Shown in pieces: positions 9,173 through 19,465 of a stretch of 64,000 nucleotides of DNA (the stretch's first letter is position 1; every line of letters begins with the position of its first letter). The translations under genes and the position numbers were made by a program. Source of the DNA: Polyangiaceae bacterium (GTDB taxonomy: Bacteria; Myxococcota_A; Polyangia; Polyangiales; Polyangiaceae). Location: assembly GCA_035063585.1 (NCBI GenBank), contig JAPSGB010000010.1:1-64000 (forward strand), in the 5' to 3' direction. Under the pieces are notes generated by a model. It was given only the letters and a program-made list of their open reading frames with translations, searched no databases and was not told the DNA's origin.

Positions 9173-10306
9173 TCAGCGCTCGATCTGGGAGTTTTCGAGC
9201 TTCGCCGGAGCCTTCGCGAGCACGAAGAAGCCAGGCAGGTCTGGCGTCTCGAAGGTGCCGCGCGGGTTTCGGCGCGTGAGCGAGTCCTTGATGGTGATCG
9301 TGCCGGAGCGGTCGTTGCTCACGAAGAAGACCGCGCTGCCACCTTCGTTGGCGCGGTTGTCCTCGAGCAGGCTGCTCTCGAGGTTCATGATGATCTCGTT
9401 GCCGTCGTTATAGATGGCGCCACCGTTGCCGCCTTGTCCGCTGTTGGCGCCGTGGCCCACGGCGGTGTTGAACGAGAAGAGCGAGTCTAGGATGTTCCAG
9501 GATACGCCGATGCTCGAGAGCGCGCCGCCGTTCGCGCAGGAGTTGCCCATGCCCTCGGAGCCTCCGAAGGTGCTGCCGACCACCCATGCCGGGCGCGCGG
9601 GGCCCGCGCCAGGGGCGATGAGGTAGTCGAGCTTGCGGATCGCGCCCCCGCCCACGTCCGAGCCGAGCTCATCGCACACGTTGTTGAAGAAGCGACAGCC
9701 GACGACCTTGAGGCTCCCTCCTTGCGCGTAGATGGCGCCGCCGCCGCCCGCGTTGCCCTCGTCGTCGGAGATCCCCCTCGCGCTCCCGTCGATGAAGGTG
9801 AGGTTCTGCACCACGAGCTCGACGCCGGGGTTCGTGTTGCAATCGCCCGGGCCGGGCGGATACGTCTGCGCCTCGTCGCAGGTCGACATGTAGAGGATAC
9901 GGACCTTGCCGCCGCCGCTCAAGGTCACCTTCCCGCCGCCGTCGATGACGAGCTTCGAGCCGCGATCGTTGAAGACCTTCGCCGTCTCCGCGAGCGTGAT
10001 GGTCACCGGGTCCGGGCCGCAGTCGAAGGTGATGACTCCGCCCTTCGCGACCGCCGCCACGAACGCCGCGCCCGTGCAGCTCTCTCGAGTACCGGTGCCG
10101 ACCACGGTGGTTGGCGACGAGACGTCCTCGGCCCGCGCCTCGGCCGGGATGGTGGCGTGGCCGTCGGGCCAGCCGGCGCCGGCGCCGTCACCGGGGTTGG
10201 TGTGCGGATCGGCAGGCGCGCCGCCCCCTTCATTCGAGCCGCACCCCGAGAGGCCGGCGAGCGCGCAGAAGGTGAGCGTCAGCGCTCCAGCGTCACGAAA
10301 GCGCAT
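9173..10306 (-). CDS. Exported lipoprotein with right-handed beta-helix/pectin-lyase-like repeats
   Basis: Lipobox LSGC, repeated GGGAI/GGAL/GGAIY with F..N motifs, KGGVITFDCGP. TAAGAT lies 5 nt before ATG 10306. Confidence 0.7.
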   Translation of the reverse strand: MRFRDAGALTLTFCALAGLSGCGSNEGGGAPADPHTNPGDGAGAGWPDGHATIPAEARAEDVSSPTTVVGTGTRESCTGAAFVAAVAKGGVITFDCGPDPVTITLAETAKVFNDRGSKLVIDGGGKVTLSGGGKVRILYMSTCDEAQTYPPGPGDCNTNPGVELVVQNLTFIDGSARGISDDEGNAGGGGAIYAQGGSLKVVGCRFFNNVCDELGSDVGGGAIRKLDYLIAPGAGPARPAWVVGSTFGGSEGMGNSCANGGALSSIGVSWNILDSLFSFNTAVGHGANSGQGGNGGAIYNDGNEIIMNLESSLLEDNRANEGGSAVFFVSNDRSGTITIKDSLTRRNPRGTFETPDLPGFFVLAKAPAKLENSQIER

Positions 10307-10514
10307 GCGCCATCTTAGGCCTTTCCGCCACAGGGCCGCAACCGAGGGCGGCGCCACACCGGGCGTGCGGGTAGACCCGAGGGTGAGGCACCGAGCCCTC
10401 GGGGCTCGTGGGGCTTCGACGCGCGCTCGCTCGCGAGCTCCGAGCCGCCGCCGCCTCACGCGGTCTCGCGCCGAACTGACCTCGAAGCACCCAGCCTCCC
10501 GAGCCGAAATGAAG

Positions 10515-10565
10515 CCGCGCACCCCGGGGGAGGAGGCCCGGAGTGCGCGGGAGCGCGGGGTGCGC
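10515..10565 (-). terminator. GC-rich stem-loop 3' of the beta-propeller gene, possible terminator
   Basis: GCGCACCCCG (10517-10526) pairs with CGGGGTGCGC (10556-10565); alternative pairing CCGCGCAC/GTGCGCGG. Only a weak U-tract follows. Confidence 0.35.
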
Positions 10566-10574
10566 TCGTCAGGG

Positions 10575-12965
10575 CTACTCGCCGTAGGCGCAATACTCGG
10601 CCGGGCCTTCGGGCGCGCTCAGGGCGAGCGAGGCGACCGGGTGGTCGAGGTCGTTCACCTGGTTCACGACCACGCCGCCGTACGAGATCGAGTAGACGTA
10701 GTCGTCGAGGAACAGGCCGCGCCGCACGTCGACGCCGTAGTAGCCGCTGCAGTAACCCTGCGGCGCCGAGCTCATCAGGCTCGAGTGATCGATCGAACCG
10801 AGTCTTGCGATCCCCGCCTCGGTGTCGATGGAGAAGACCTCGAGGGAGCTCTTCATACCGCGCATGTCGTCGTAGGACGAATACGGGAAGGCGAGCAGCT
10901 TGCGGTCGGCGAAGTAGGTGAAGGCCTTGTGATCGTAGGAGGCCTCCGAGCTCCCGTAGGGATCCGAGAACACGTACTTGTGGAGGAGCCTGGGCGCGCT
11001 GGCCTGGCGCACGTCGAAGATCTGGAGCGCGAGCCCGTTCGTCTGCACGCCGCCCCACTCGTCCTCCGTGGTGTCCTTGCCGATGGTGAGCAAGTGCCCG
11101 TCGTCGAGCGGGTGCATGTACTCGCTGAAGCCAGGGATCTTGAGCTCGCCCACCACCTTCGGCGCGGTCGGGACCGAGAGATCGATCACGAACAGCGGAT
11201 CGACCTGGCGGAAGGTTACCAGGTAGCCGCGGTTACCCACGAAGCGCGCCGAGTAGATCCGCTCTTCGGGCGCGAGCTCGCCCGCGCTGCCAACCACCGC
11301 GAGCTCGCCGTCCTGCTCGGCGAGCACGAACAGGTGGTTCACGCGCGAGGGGCCGAGCGGCGCGTCGAGCGGCCGCGAGCCAGGGCCCGAGTTCGGGGCG
11401 GGAGCCGGCGCGGGCGCTGGTGTGGGATCCGGCGGCGCCGGGTCGGCCGCACCGCCGTCCTGGGCGATCCCGCCGCCCGAGCCACCCCCGCCGCTCGGGA
11501 CGCCCGGGTTGCTCGGCGCGGTGCCGGTGCCGACCGGGACGTCACCGCCGCCCGAGCCGCCGAGGAACATCCGATCTTCGGTGGTCGCCACCCGCAGATA
11601 TCCATCCCGCTCGTCGAGCGAGAACTGGTTGTTCACGGTGCCGACCACGGTGCCCGAGGCGACGTAGCGCGGCTCCCCCGGATTCGCGGCGAGATCGAAC
11701 TTGTGGAGGTGCGTGCGCGCGGTCGGGATCGCGGTCGTGGTGCGCGACGCCCAGGCGCTCGCATACGCGGCGGCCTCGTAGGAGGCCGCCGCGACGATCA
11801 TGGTCGAGGCGTTCGAGTACACGGTCTCGGCCGCGCCGACGATGCTCACGCCACGCACGTCGTTCGGAGCGGTCTCGTCGAGCACCTGCACCTGGGTGAG
11901 GCCGTAGCTCGTGGTCCCCGCGGTCGGCACATAGTACCCGTCGCAGCGCGCGAGGCTCGCCGTGACCTGGTCGCCGCGCTTTACGAACGTGTAAGGTAGC
12001 CAGTCGCTCACCTTCGAGGCGCGGATGGCCGCGATGCTGGTCTGCCGGAGCCGCTCCCACGCCGCGATGGCCTCGCTCGTGGTGCCCGCGCCCGACCACT
12101 CGGGATAGCCGGGCAGTGACGGGCCATGCGCTCCACCCTCGAGCACGGTTCGGATCTCGGCGCCCACACGGCGCGACGACAGGTAGTTACCCTCGAAGTA
12201 GAGCTCGGCCTCGATGGTCGGCGCTGCGCCGTCGACGCGGAGCACGGTCACCTTGGTGAGCGGCGCCTGGCTCCCGTTGTAGCCGCCGCCCATGCCGCCC
12301 ATACCGACGTCGACCGCGCCACCACCGTATCCGTAGCCATACTCGTCATACTGGGGCTTCGGGGTGACGTTCGCGGCTTCATACACGCTCGCGCCGTCCA
12401 CCGCCGAGTAGACGACCGCGCGGCCGTCGTGCACGAACATCTCGGAGGGCTGCCCCTCGATGCTAATCTCCGAGCCCTTTGCCAGCGAAGCCGCCGGCCA
12501 CGCATCGATGATCTGGAGCGTCTGCCCGTGGAGCAGGAAGAGGTGCTTCCCATCGGTCTTCACGATATCCGCCTCATCCACCCCGGCGACCTGGGTGTTC
12601 GTGTCCGACTGCGCCTTGGCGCTATCGCGTGGCGGCTCGGTGGTCCCGGCTCCAGCAGAGCCGCTCTCGTCGCCCGGGAAGCCCATCGCGCCGCCGGTCC
12701 CGTTCGGCTGTCCGCCGTAGGACGGCCCGCCGTACGGACCCCAGGCGCGAACCTCTGCAATCTGCTCATCGACTCGCGCGTTGACCTTCGCGATGGCGTC
12801 CGCGGTGAGCATTGCTTGGAGGTCCTCGCACGACGCCGCGCGGCGGAGCGCGGCGCGCTGCTGCCCGGCCCCTTCGTCGACCGTGACTCGCCCGCCGCAG
12901 CCGACGCCGCTCGTCATTGCCGCCATCCCGACCACCGCGACCGCCGTTCGAATCATTGTTCGCAT
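10575..12965 (-). CDS. Secreted beta-propeller domain lipoprotein
   Basis: TNTQVAGVDEADIVKTDG, NNQFSLDE..GYLRVATT, ERIYSARF.G..GYLVTFRQVDPLFVIDL and GELKIPGFSEYMHP motifs; signal ending GVGC. Start at 12965 or 12956. Confidence 0.85.
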   Translation of the reverse strand: MRTMIRTAVAVVGMAAMTSGVGCGGRVTVDEGAGQQRAALRRAASCEDLQAMLTADAIAKVNARVDEQIAEVRAWGPYGGPSYGGQPNGTGGAMGFPGDESGSAGAGTTEPPRDSAKAQSDTNTQVAGVDEADIVKTDGKHLFLLHGQTLQIIDAWPAASLAKGSEISIEGQPSEMFVHDGRAVVYSAVDGASVYEAANVTPKPQYDEYGYGYGGGAVDVGMGGMGGGYNGSQAPLTKVTVLRVDGAAPTIEAELYFEGNYLSSRRVGAEIRTVLEGGAHGPSLPGYPEWSGAGTTSEAIAAWERLRQTSIAAIRASKVSDWLPYTFVKRGDQVTASLARCDGYYVPTAGTTSYGLTQVQVLDETAPNDVRGVSIVGAAETVYSNASTMIVAAASYEAAAYASAWASRTTTAIPTARTHLHKFDLAANPGEPRYVASGTVVGTVNNQFSLDERDGYLRVATTEDRMFLGGSGGGDVPVGTGTAPSNPGVPSGGGGSGGGIAQDGGAADPAPPDPTPAPAPAPAPNSGPGSRPLDAPLGPSRVNHLFVLAEQDGELAVVGSAGELAPEERIYSARFVGNRGYLVTFRQVDPLFVIDLSVPTAPKVVGELKIPGFSEYMHPLDDGHLLTIGKDTTEDEWGGVQTNGLALQIFDVRQASAPRLLHKYVFSDPYGSSEASYDHKAFTYFADRKLLAFPYSSYDDMRGMKSSLEVFSIDTEAGIARLGSIDHSSLMSSAPQGYCSGYYGVDVRRGLFLDDYVYSISYGGVVVNQVNDLDHPVASLALSAPEGPAEYCAYGE

Positions 12966-13017
12966 GATGTCTCGAGCTCCGTAGTTCGGGCGGGGCTCCG
13001 CCACTTGCGGGGACCTC

Positions 13018-13034
13018 TTGCGAGAACTGTGCCA
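13018..13034 (-). promoter_or_regulatory. Sigma54 (-24/-12) promoter for the beta-propeller lipoprotein
   Basis: Minus strand TGGCACAGTTCTCGCAA = GG-N10-GC with TGGCAC, about 50 nt upstream of the start. Confidence 0.65.
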
Positions 13035-13118
13035 TCGATGAGTCCCCGCCGATTTCTGGCAAAGTCACCGGCAGTCGGCGCGGTCTCGGCGCGCTTCGCG
13101 AGCCTCGTCGTTCCGGTC

Positions 13119-13137
13119 GTGGCACATCTTGGCACAT
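13119..13137. promoter_or_regulatory. Direct repeat TGGCACAT x2, candidate activator (enhancer) site
   Basis: GTGGCACATCTTGGCACAT with 10-bp period, about 86 bp upstream of the -24 element. Confidence 0.45.
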
Positions 13138-13201
13138 TCGAGTGCGCGCGCTTGGGCCACGCGGCCCAGGTCGTCACCGCGCGAGGGTTGCGCCGCCGGC
13201 G

Positions 13202-13723
13202 CTACCTGGCGCGCGAGAGCGCCTCGACCGCGTCGCGGAGCGCGCCCTCGGGCTGCTCCGGTCCGCCGACCCAGCGCACGATCCCGTGCCGGTCGGCGAC
13301 GAACGCGACGGGCAGCTCGGAGACGCGGAAGCGCCCCGAGAGGACGTTGCTGCGGTCGTGGATCACCGGGAAGGTGAGCCCATACTGCTCCACCATCCAG
13401 CGCGCGTCCGCCTCGGACTCGTCCTCCGACACGCCGACGATGATGACCTCGGGGTGAGCTTCGCGGAGCGCCACGAGCGCGGGGAGCGAGCGCTTGCAGG
13501 GCTCGCAGTACTTCGCGAAGAACTTCACGACCACGAGCTGCGCGCGCACGCGCGAGCTGTCGAAGGTGTCGCCGCCGATGGTCGGGCGGCGGAAGCTCGG
13601 GAGCGCCCGGCTCGTGAGCGCGCTCGGTGAGGTGGGCGGCAGCTCGCGTGGCTGCGCGAGGCAGGCGCCGAGCGCGAACGCGAGCGCGAGCGCGAGCGCG
13701 ACGGAGGCGAGAGCGCGAGGCAT
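13202..13723 (-). CDS. TlpA/thioredoxin-like thiol-disulfide oxidoreductase, lipoprotein
   Basis: FFAKYCEPC (CxxC), LP cis-Pro region, signal ending LGAC. TAGGCT lies 5 nt before ATG 13723. Confidence 0.85.
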   Translation of the reverse strand: MPRALASVALALALAFALGACLAQPRELPPTSPSALTSRALPSFRRPTIGGDTFDSSRVRAQLVVVKFFAKYCEPCKRSLPALVALREAHPEVIIVGVSEDESEADARWMVEQYGLTFPVIHDRSNVLSGRFRVSELPVAFVADRHGIVRWVGGPEQPEGALRDAVEALSRAR

Positions 13724-14040
13724 GGCCGAGCCTAGCACTCGTCTCATGCGCGACGGGTACTCGCCGGCGCGCAGGTCCCCGCCGCGCTCCGGAGCGACCT
13801 CGACGCCCGCGTGAGCGACGGACCGCAGGATACCGCGCCGAGCCGACATCCCTTGCGACTCGCCGGTCTCGTGAAGCCAGCGCTCGGGTGGCTCAGCGGG
13901 AGCGCCGGGGGCTGCCGGGCGGACGCCGCGCCCGTCTCCAGCGTTCGCCGCCGCCCCTCGAGAAAGTCGGCGCGAACCGCGCGCTCCTTCGTATCCCTTC
14001 GCCGTGCGGCGGGTCTCGGCGCTAGAGTCCGGCCGGAGTC

Positions 14041-14490
14041 ATGGTCAAGTACGCAGTCGCCCTCGCGATCGCGCTCGCGCTCAACGCGGCCGCCAACCTC
14101 TTCATCAAGTTCGGGATGCGCGGCGTCGCGCTCGATCTCGCGGGTGCCGGGCTCTTCGACGGCGGCGTCGGCGGGCTCACGCGGCTGCTCCTCAAGAACT
14201 GGGTCGTCCTCCTCGGGGTTGGCTGCTTCGCGGCGAACGTGGTCTTCTACGCATACGCGCTCCAGAAGCTGCCCATCAGCGCGGCGTACCCCATCATGGT
14301 GACCGGTGGGTTCGGCATCATCGTCGTGGTAGCGGGGTTCATGCTGGGAGAGCGGCTCACCATGACGCAGTGGGCCGGCGTCGCGGCGATCGTCGCGGGT
14401 GTCGTGCTCGTCGCGCGCGACGCGGGGCGGCAGGTCGGCGACGCCGGACAGGAGCGGGTGGTGCCGGCGCGCACGACCGAGTCGGAGTGA
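14041..14490 (+). CDS. SMR/EamA (DMT superfamily) small membrane transporter
   Basis: Four hydrophobic segments; ALQKLPISAAYP and LGERLTMTQWAGVAAIVAGV motifs. Confidence 0.8.
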   Translation: MVKYAVALAIALALNAAANLFIKFGMRGVALDLAGAGLFDGGVGGLTRLLLKNWVVLLGVGCFAANVVFYAYALQKLPISAAYPIMVTGGFGIIVVVAGFMLGERLTMTQWAGVAAIVAGVVLVARDAGRQVGDAGQERVVPARTTESE

Positions 14491-14495
14491 GGAGC

Positions 14496-16151
<1,656 letters not shown>

Positions 16152-16171
16152 CGTCGGCGGCTCCTCGAGGA

Positions 16172-16918
16172 CTAATCCTGGTTCAGTGGGACGCAGGCGC
16201 ACACGGCCGGGGAAGGGTCGAACTCCATGGTGCCGACGCAGGCGATGTTCCGCTTACATTCGCAGTGGCCCTCGCAGGATAGGCACGAGGGGTCGTCCGT
16301 GACGCACTCGCCGGACCCGGGGCACGGGATGGCGGTGGTACCGCCGCACGGGGTGACGGGCCCTCCCGCGTCCGGGCAGGAGCCCGGCGGGTGGGCCATG
16401 CACGCGTCGGTTGGATGGCAGACGAACTGGCCGCTACTACACTCGCAGATGGTCGCCGGGTAGGTCTTACCGCAACACTCCGCGACGCCGTAGTCGCACT
16501 GCACGCCTTCGTTCGAGCACGCCTCGCTCAGGGGAATGTCCGCGGGGCAGTCGGAGCCGGCGTCATCGCCCGGATCGGGGCACGGCGGATAGACGACTCG
16601 ACAATGCCCCCCTTCACACTTCCCGGCCGCACAGCTCGTGCCCCCGTTCGGGCACGCCTTGCAGACCGCAGGAGCTGGGCAGTCGATATCGGCGCTGCAC
16701 TCCGGCCCGCCGTCAGCGCCGCCGGTTCCCGAGCTGCCGCCGGTTCCCGAGCTGCCGCCGGTTCCCGAGCTGCCGCCGGTTCCCGAGCTGCCGCCGGTCG
16801 CCCCGCCGTCCGTCTTTCCCCCGGCGCCCCCGCTACCGCCGGAGTCGAACGTGGAGCCGCCGCACGCAGCCAGCGCGAGCGTCAGGGAGGTAGTGATGAG
16901 GGCGGTGTGGAGTCTCAT
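16172..16918 (-). CDS. Cys-rich lipoprotein with Gly/Ser linker
   Basis: MRLHTALITTSLTLALAAC lipobox, GGSSGT repeats and three Cys-rich modules; GGAGAG SD. Confidence 0.8.
   Translation of the reverse strand: MRLHTALITTSLTLALAACGGSTFDSGGSGGAGGKTDGGATGGSSGTGGSSGTGGSSGTGGSSGTGGADGGPECSADIDCPAPAVCKACPNGGTSCAAGKCEGGHCRVVYPPCPDPGDDAGSDCPADIPLSEACSNEGVQCDYGVAECCGKTYPATICECSSGQFVCHPTDACMAHPPGSCPDAGGPVTPCGGTTAIPCPGSGECVTDDPSCLSCEGHCECKRNIACVGTMEFDPSPAVCACVPLNQD
16718..16798. repeat. 18-bp tandem repeat x4.5 (GCCGCCGGTTCCCGAGCT), coding for GGSSGT
   Basis: Four exact units at 16718-16789 plus a partial unit. Confidence 0.95.
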
Positions 16919-16955
16919 GTACGTCTCTCTCCGATCAGGCGTCCCGCGCCTTACA

Positions 16956-16972
16956 AAGCATGATTCGTGCCA
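16956..16972 (-). promoter_or_regulatory. Sigma54 (-24/-12) promoter for the Cys-rich lipoprotein
   Basis: Minus strand TGGCACGAATCATGCTT, close to consensus TGGCACG-N4-TTGC, 37 nt upstream of the ATG. Confidence 0.75.
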
Positions 16973-17053
16973 CGGCGGGCGCCCCGGAACGGTGCGTGTG
17001 CCGCGCAGAAATCCGTCGAAATCAGCGAGCGCCCGCGGCAAGACGCGCCTCCC

Positions 17054-17071
17054 TGTGCCACTCGTGGCACA
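17054..17071. promoter_or_regulatory. Inverted repeat TGTGCCAC-TC-GTGGCACA, candidate activator site
   Basis: Perfect 8-bp arms, about 82 bp upstream of the -24 element. Confidence 0.55.
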
Positions 17072-17108
17072 CGACCCTGCAAGAACGTCAGGCCGGTGCC
17101 CGAGCCGT

Positions 17109-19322
17109 TCACCGCTTGACCGGACCGAGCCCGCGATACTCGAGCAGCGGGCCGATGTCGGGCGCGCGGCCGTAGAACTTCTGAAACAGCACGTCCGGCT
17201 CTTCGGTCCGGCCGCGCGAGAGGATCTTGGCGCGGAACTCCTCGCCGGCTTGGCGGCTCAAGCCGCCGTGCGCGTGAAACCACGCGCCCGCGTCACGCGC
17301 GAGCACCTCGCTCCAGATGTACGCGTAGTAGCCCGACGCGTACCCGCCGGTGAAGATGTGCGAGAAGTACGTCGAGTGGTAGCGCGGCGGAACCGGTGCG
17401 TAGGTCACGCCCTCCTTTGCGAGCGCGGCGCGCTCGAAATCCACCACGCCCGCCGCTCGCGGGATCTTCCCGTCGGGGATCTGATGCCACGCCTGATCGA
17501 GCAGCGCGGCCTCCAGGTACTCGAGCGTCGAGTAGCCGCGACCGAAGTCGTCGGCGGCGAGCACCTTGTCGAGGAGCGCCTTCGGCATCGCGGCACCCGT
17601 CTCGCGATCCTTCGCGAAGTTCGCGAGCACCGCCGGCTCCCTGACCCACATCTCGTTGAACTGCGACGGGAACTCCACGAAGTCGCGCGGCACGTTGGTG
17701 CCCGAGAGGAGCGGGTACTTGCAGCTCGAGAGCAGGCCATGGAGCGCGTGACCGAACTCGTGGAACGCGGTCGTCACCTCGTCGAAGGTGAGGAGCGTCG
17801 GCTGGCCTTCGGGCGGTTTTGGGATGTTGAGGTTGTTGATGACGATGGGCTTCTCGTCGAGGAGCCCCGACTGATCGACGAAGGTGCTCATCCAAGCGCC
17901 GCCGCCCTTGTTGTCGCGCTTGAAGTAATCCATGACAAATAGCCCGATGATCTGGTCGTCGGCGTCGTGCACGTCGAACACGCGCACGTCCGGGTGGTAG
18001 ACGGGCAGATCGCGCCGCTCAGTGAACGAGAGCCCGTAGAGCTGATGCGCGGCGTAGAACACGCCATCTTTCAGCACGCGCTCGAGCTCGAAGTACTTCT
18101 TCACCTCGGCCGGGTCGACGTTGAACCGCGCCTTCTGCACCCTTGCCGCGTAATAAGCCCAGTCCCACGGCTCGAGGTTGAAGGATTGCTTCTGCTCCGC
18201 GCGCGCCACGCTCGCGATCTCGCTCTGGATCGCGGCGGCCTCGATACGCGCCTTGGCGAGCGCCGCGGGCGCGAGCTGGCGGAGGATCTTCGCGACCGCC
18301 GCGGGCGTCTTCGCCGTCTCCTCGGCGAGCACGTAGGCCGCGTAGGTGTCGTAGCCGAGGAGCTTCGCCTTCTCGCTACGGAGCTTGATGGTCTCTTCGA
18401 TGATGCTCGTGGTGTCGGCGTCTCCGCCTCGCCCGCGCGCGCTCGATGCCTCGAAGATGCGCTTGCGGAGCTCACGATTGTCGAGCTGCTCGAGCGGCGG
18501 CTGAATGGTGGTGTTCTGGAGGGTGATGACCCACTTCCCGTCGAGCTTGCGCTCCTTGGCCGCCTCCTTCGCCGCGCCGATCTGCTCCGGAGACAGCCCC
18601 GCGAGCTCGGCCTCGCTGTCGACCACCACCGCGGAGTCCTTGGTGGCCTTGAGGACGGTCTGGCGGAACCGGGTGGCGAGCGTGGAGAGCGCCTGGTTGA
18701 TGACCTTGAGCCGCTCCTTCTGGTCGGAGGGGAGCTTGGCGCCGGCGCGCACGAAGTGCGAGTGATAGCGCTCGAGGAGCTGCATCGACTCGGGATCGAG
18801 CTTCAGCTCGCCGCGCTTCGAGTAGACGGCGTCTACCCGCGCAAAGAGCGCGGGGTCGAGGTAGATGGCGTCCGAGTGCGCGGAGAGCCTCGGCGCCATC
18901 TTCAGGTCGATGTCGTCGAGGGTCGGGTTGGTGTTCGACGCGGTGAGGTTGAAGAACACGTTCGCGACGCGCGCGAGCGTGCGCCCCGTCTTCTCGAGTG
19001 CCACCACCGTGTTCTCGAAGCTCGGCGCGGCGGGATCGCCGGCCAGCTTGCGTACCTCGTCGAGCTGCTCGGTCATCCCGGCTTCGAAGGCCGGCTCGAA
19101 ATCGGCGTCCGTGATCCGATCGAACGGCGGCATCTGAAACGGCAGCGGGCTCCGCGAGAGGAGCGGGTTCACTCGCGTCGCGGCGGCCTCGGGTCTTGCC
19201 GGCGGCGCTGGCGGTCGCGCGGGCTCGGTCGTGACGGGCGGTGTCGGGTTCGCGCCGCAGCCGGCGAGCAGGAGGGCGAAGGCGGTGAACGGTCCGGGTC
19301 GTAGATGCATGGCGGCCGGCAT
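17109..19322 (-). CDS. dcp: M3 family metallopeptidase (peptidyl-dipeptidase Dcp-like), lipoprotein
   Basis: NPLL..SPLPFQMPPFD, K.GGAWM, FHEFGHALH, VPRDFVEFPSQ and GYYAYIWSEVL motifs; lipobox LLAGC. Start at 19322 or 19310. Confidence 0.9.
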   Translation of the reverse strand: MPAAMHLRPGPFTAFALLLAGCGANPTPPVTTEPARPPAPPARPEAAATRVNPLLSRSPLPFQMPPFDRITDADFEPAFEAGMTEQLDEVRKLAGDPAAPSFENTVVALEKTGRTLARVANVFFNLTASNTNPTLDDIDLKMAPRLSAHSDAIYLDPALFARVDAVYSKRGELKLDPESMQLLERYHSHFVRAGAKLPSDQKERLKVINQALSTLATRFRQTVLKATKDSAVVVDSEAELAGLSPEQIGAAKEAAKERKLDGKWVITLQNTTIQPPLEQLDNRELRKRIFEASSARGRGGDADTTSIIEETIKLRSEKAKLLGYDTYAAYVLAEETAKTPAAVAKILRQLAPAALAKARIEAAAIQSEIASVARAEQKQSFNLEPWDWAYYAARVQKARFNVDPAEVKKYFELERVLKDGVFYAAHQLYGLSFTERRDLPVYHPDVRVFDVHDADDQIIGLFVMDYFKRDNKGGGAWMSTFVDQSGLLDEKPIVINNLNIPKPPEGQPTLLTFDEVTTAFHEFGHALHGLLSSCKYPLLSGTNVPRDFVEFPSQFNEMWVREPAVLANFAKDRETGAAMPKALLDKVLAADDFGRGYSTLEYLEAALLDQAWHQIPDGKIPRAAGVVDFERAALAKEGVTYAPVPPRYHSTYFSHIFTGGYASGYYAYIWSEVLARDAGAWFHAHGGLSRQAGEEFRAKILSRGRTEEPDVLFQKFYGRAPDIGPLLEYRGLGPVKR

Positions 19323-19465
19323 TCAACGACGCCGCGCAGCTCGACTCAAGCTCCATCGCCCGCGCGCCGGCGCGCCCTTTTCGGGTCGAGCCTGCCGGTC
19401 CGGCGCGGCCGGCGGCGCGGGCGGCTGCCGAGCCGCCGGCCGCGCACCTCGGGTCGTCGCGCGCG

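Noticed and set aside
13732..13758. CTAGCACTC resembling a CIRCE half-site
   Set aside because: No matching GAGTGCTAA arm 9 nt away; better explained as the extended -10 of the TlpA gene.
16718..16798. Tandem repeats as a possible CRISPR array (also 24741-24832)
   Set aside because: No spacers, unit lengths are multiples of 3, they lie within CDS linkers, and there are no cas genes.
17065..17081. TGGCACACGACCCTGCA as a plus-strand sigma54 promoter
   Set aside because: GG-to-GC spacing is 11 rather than 10, and it would point into the 3' end of dcp.
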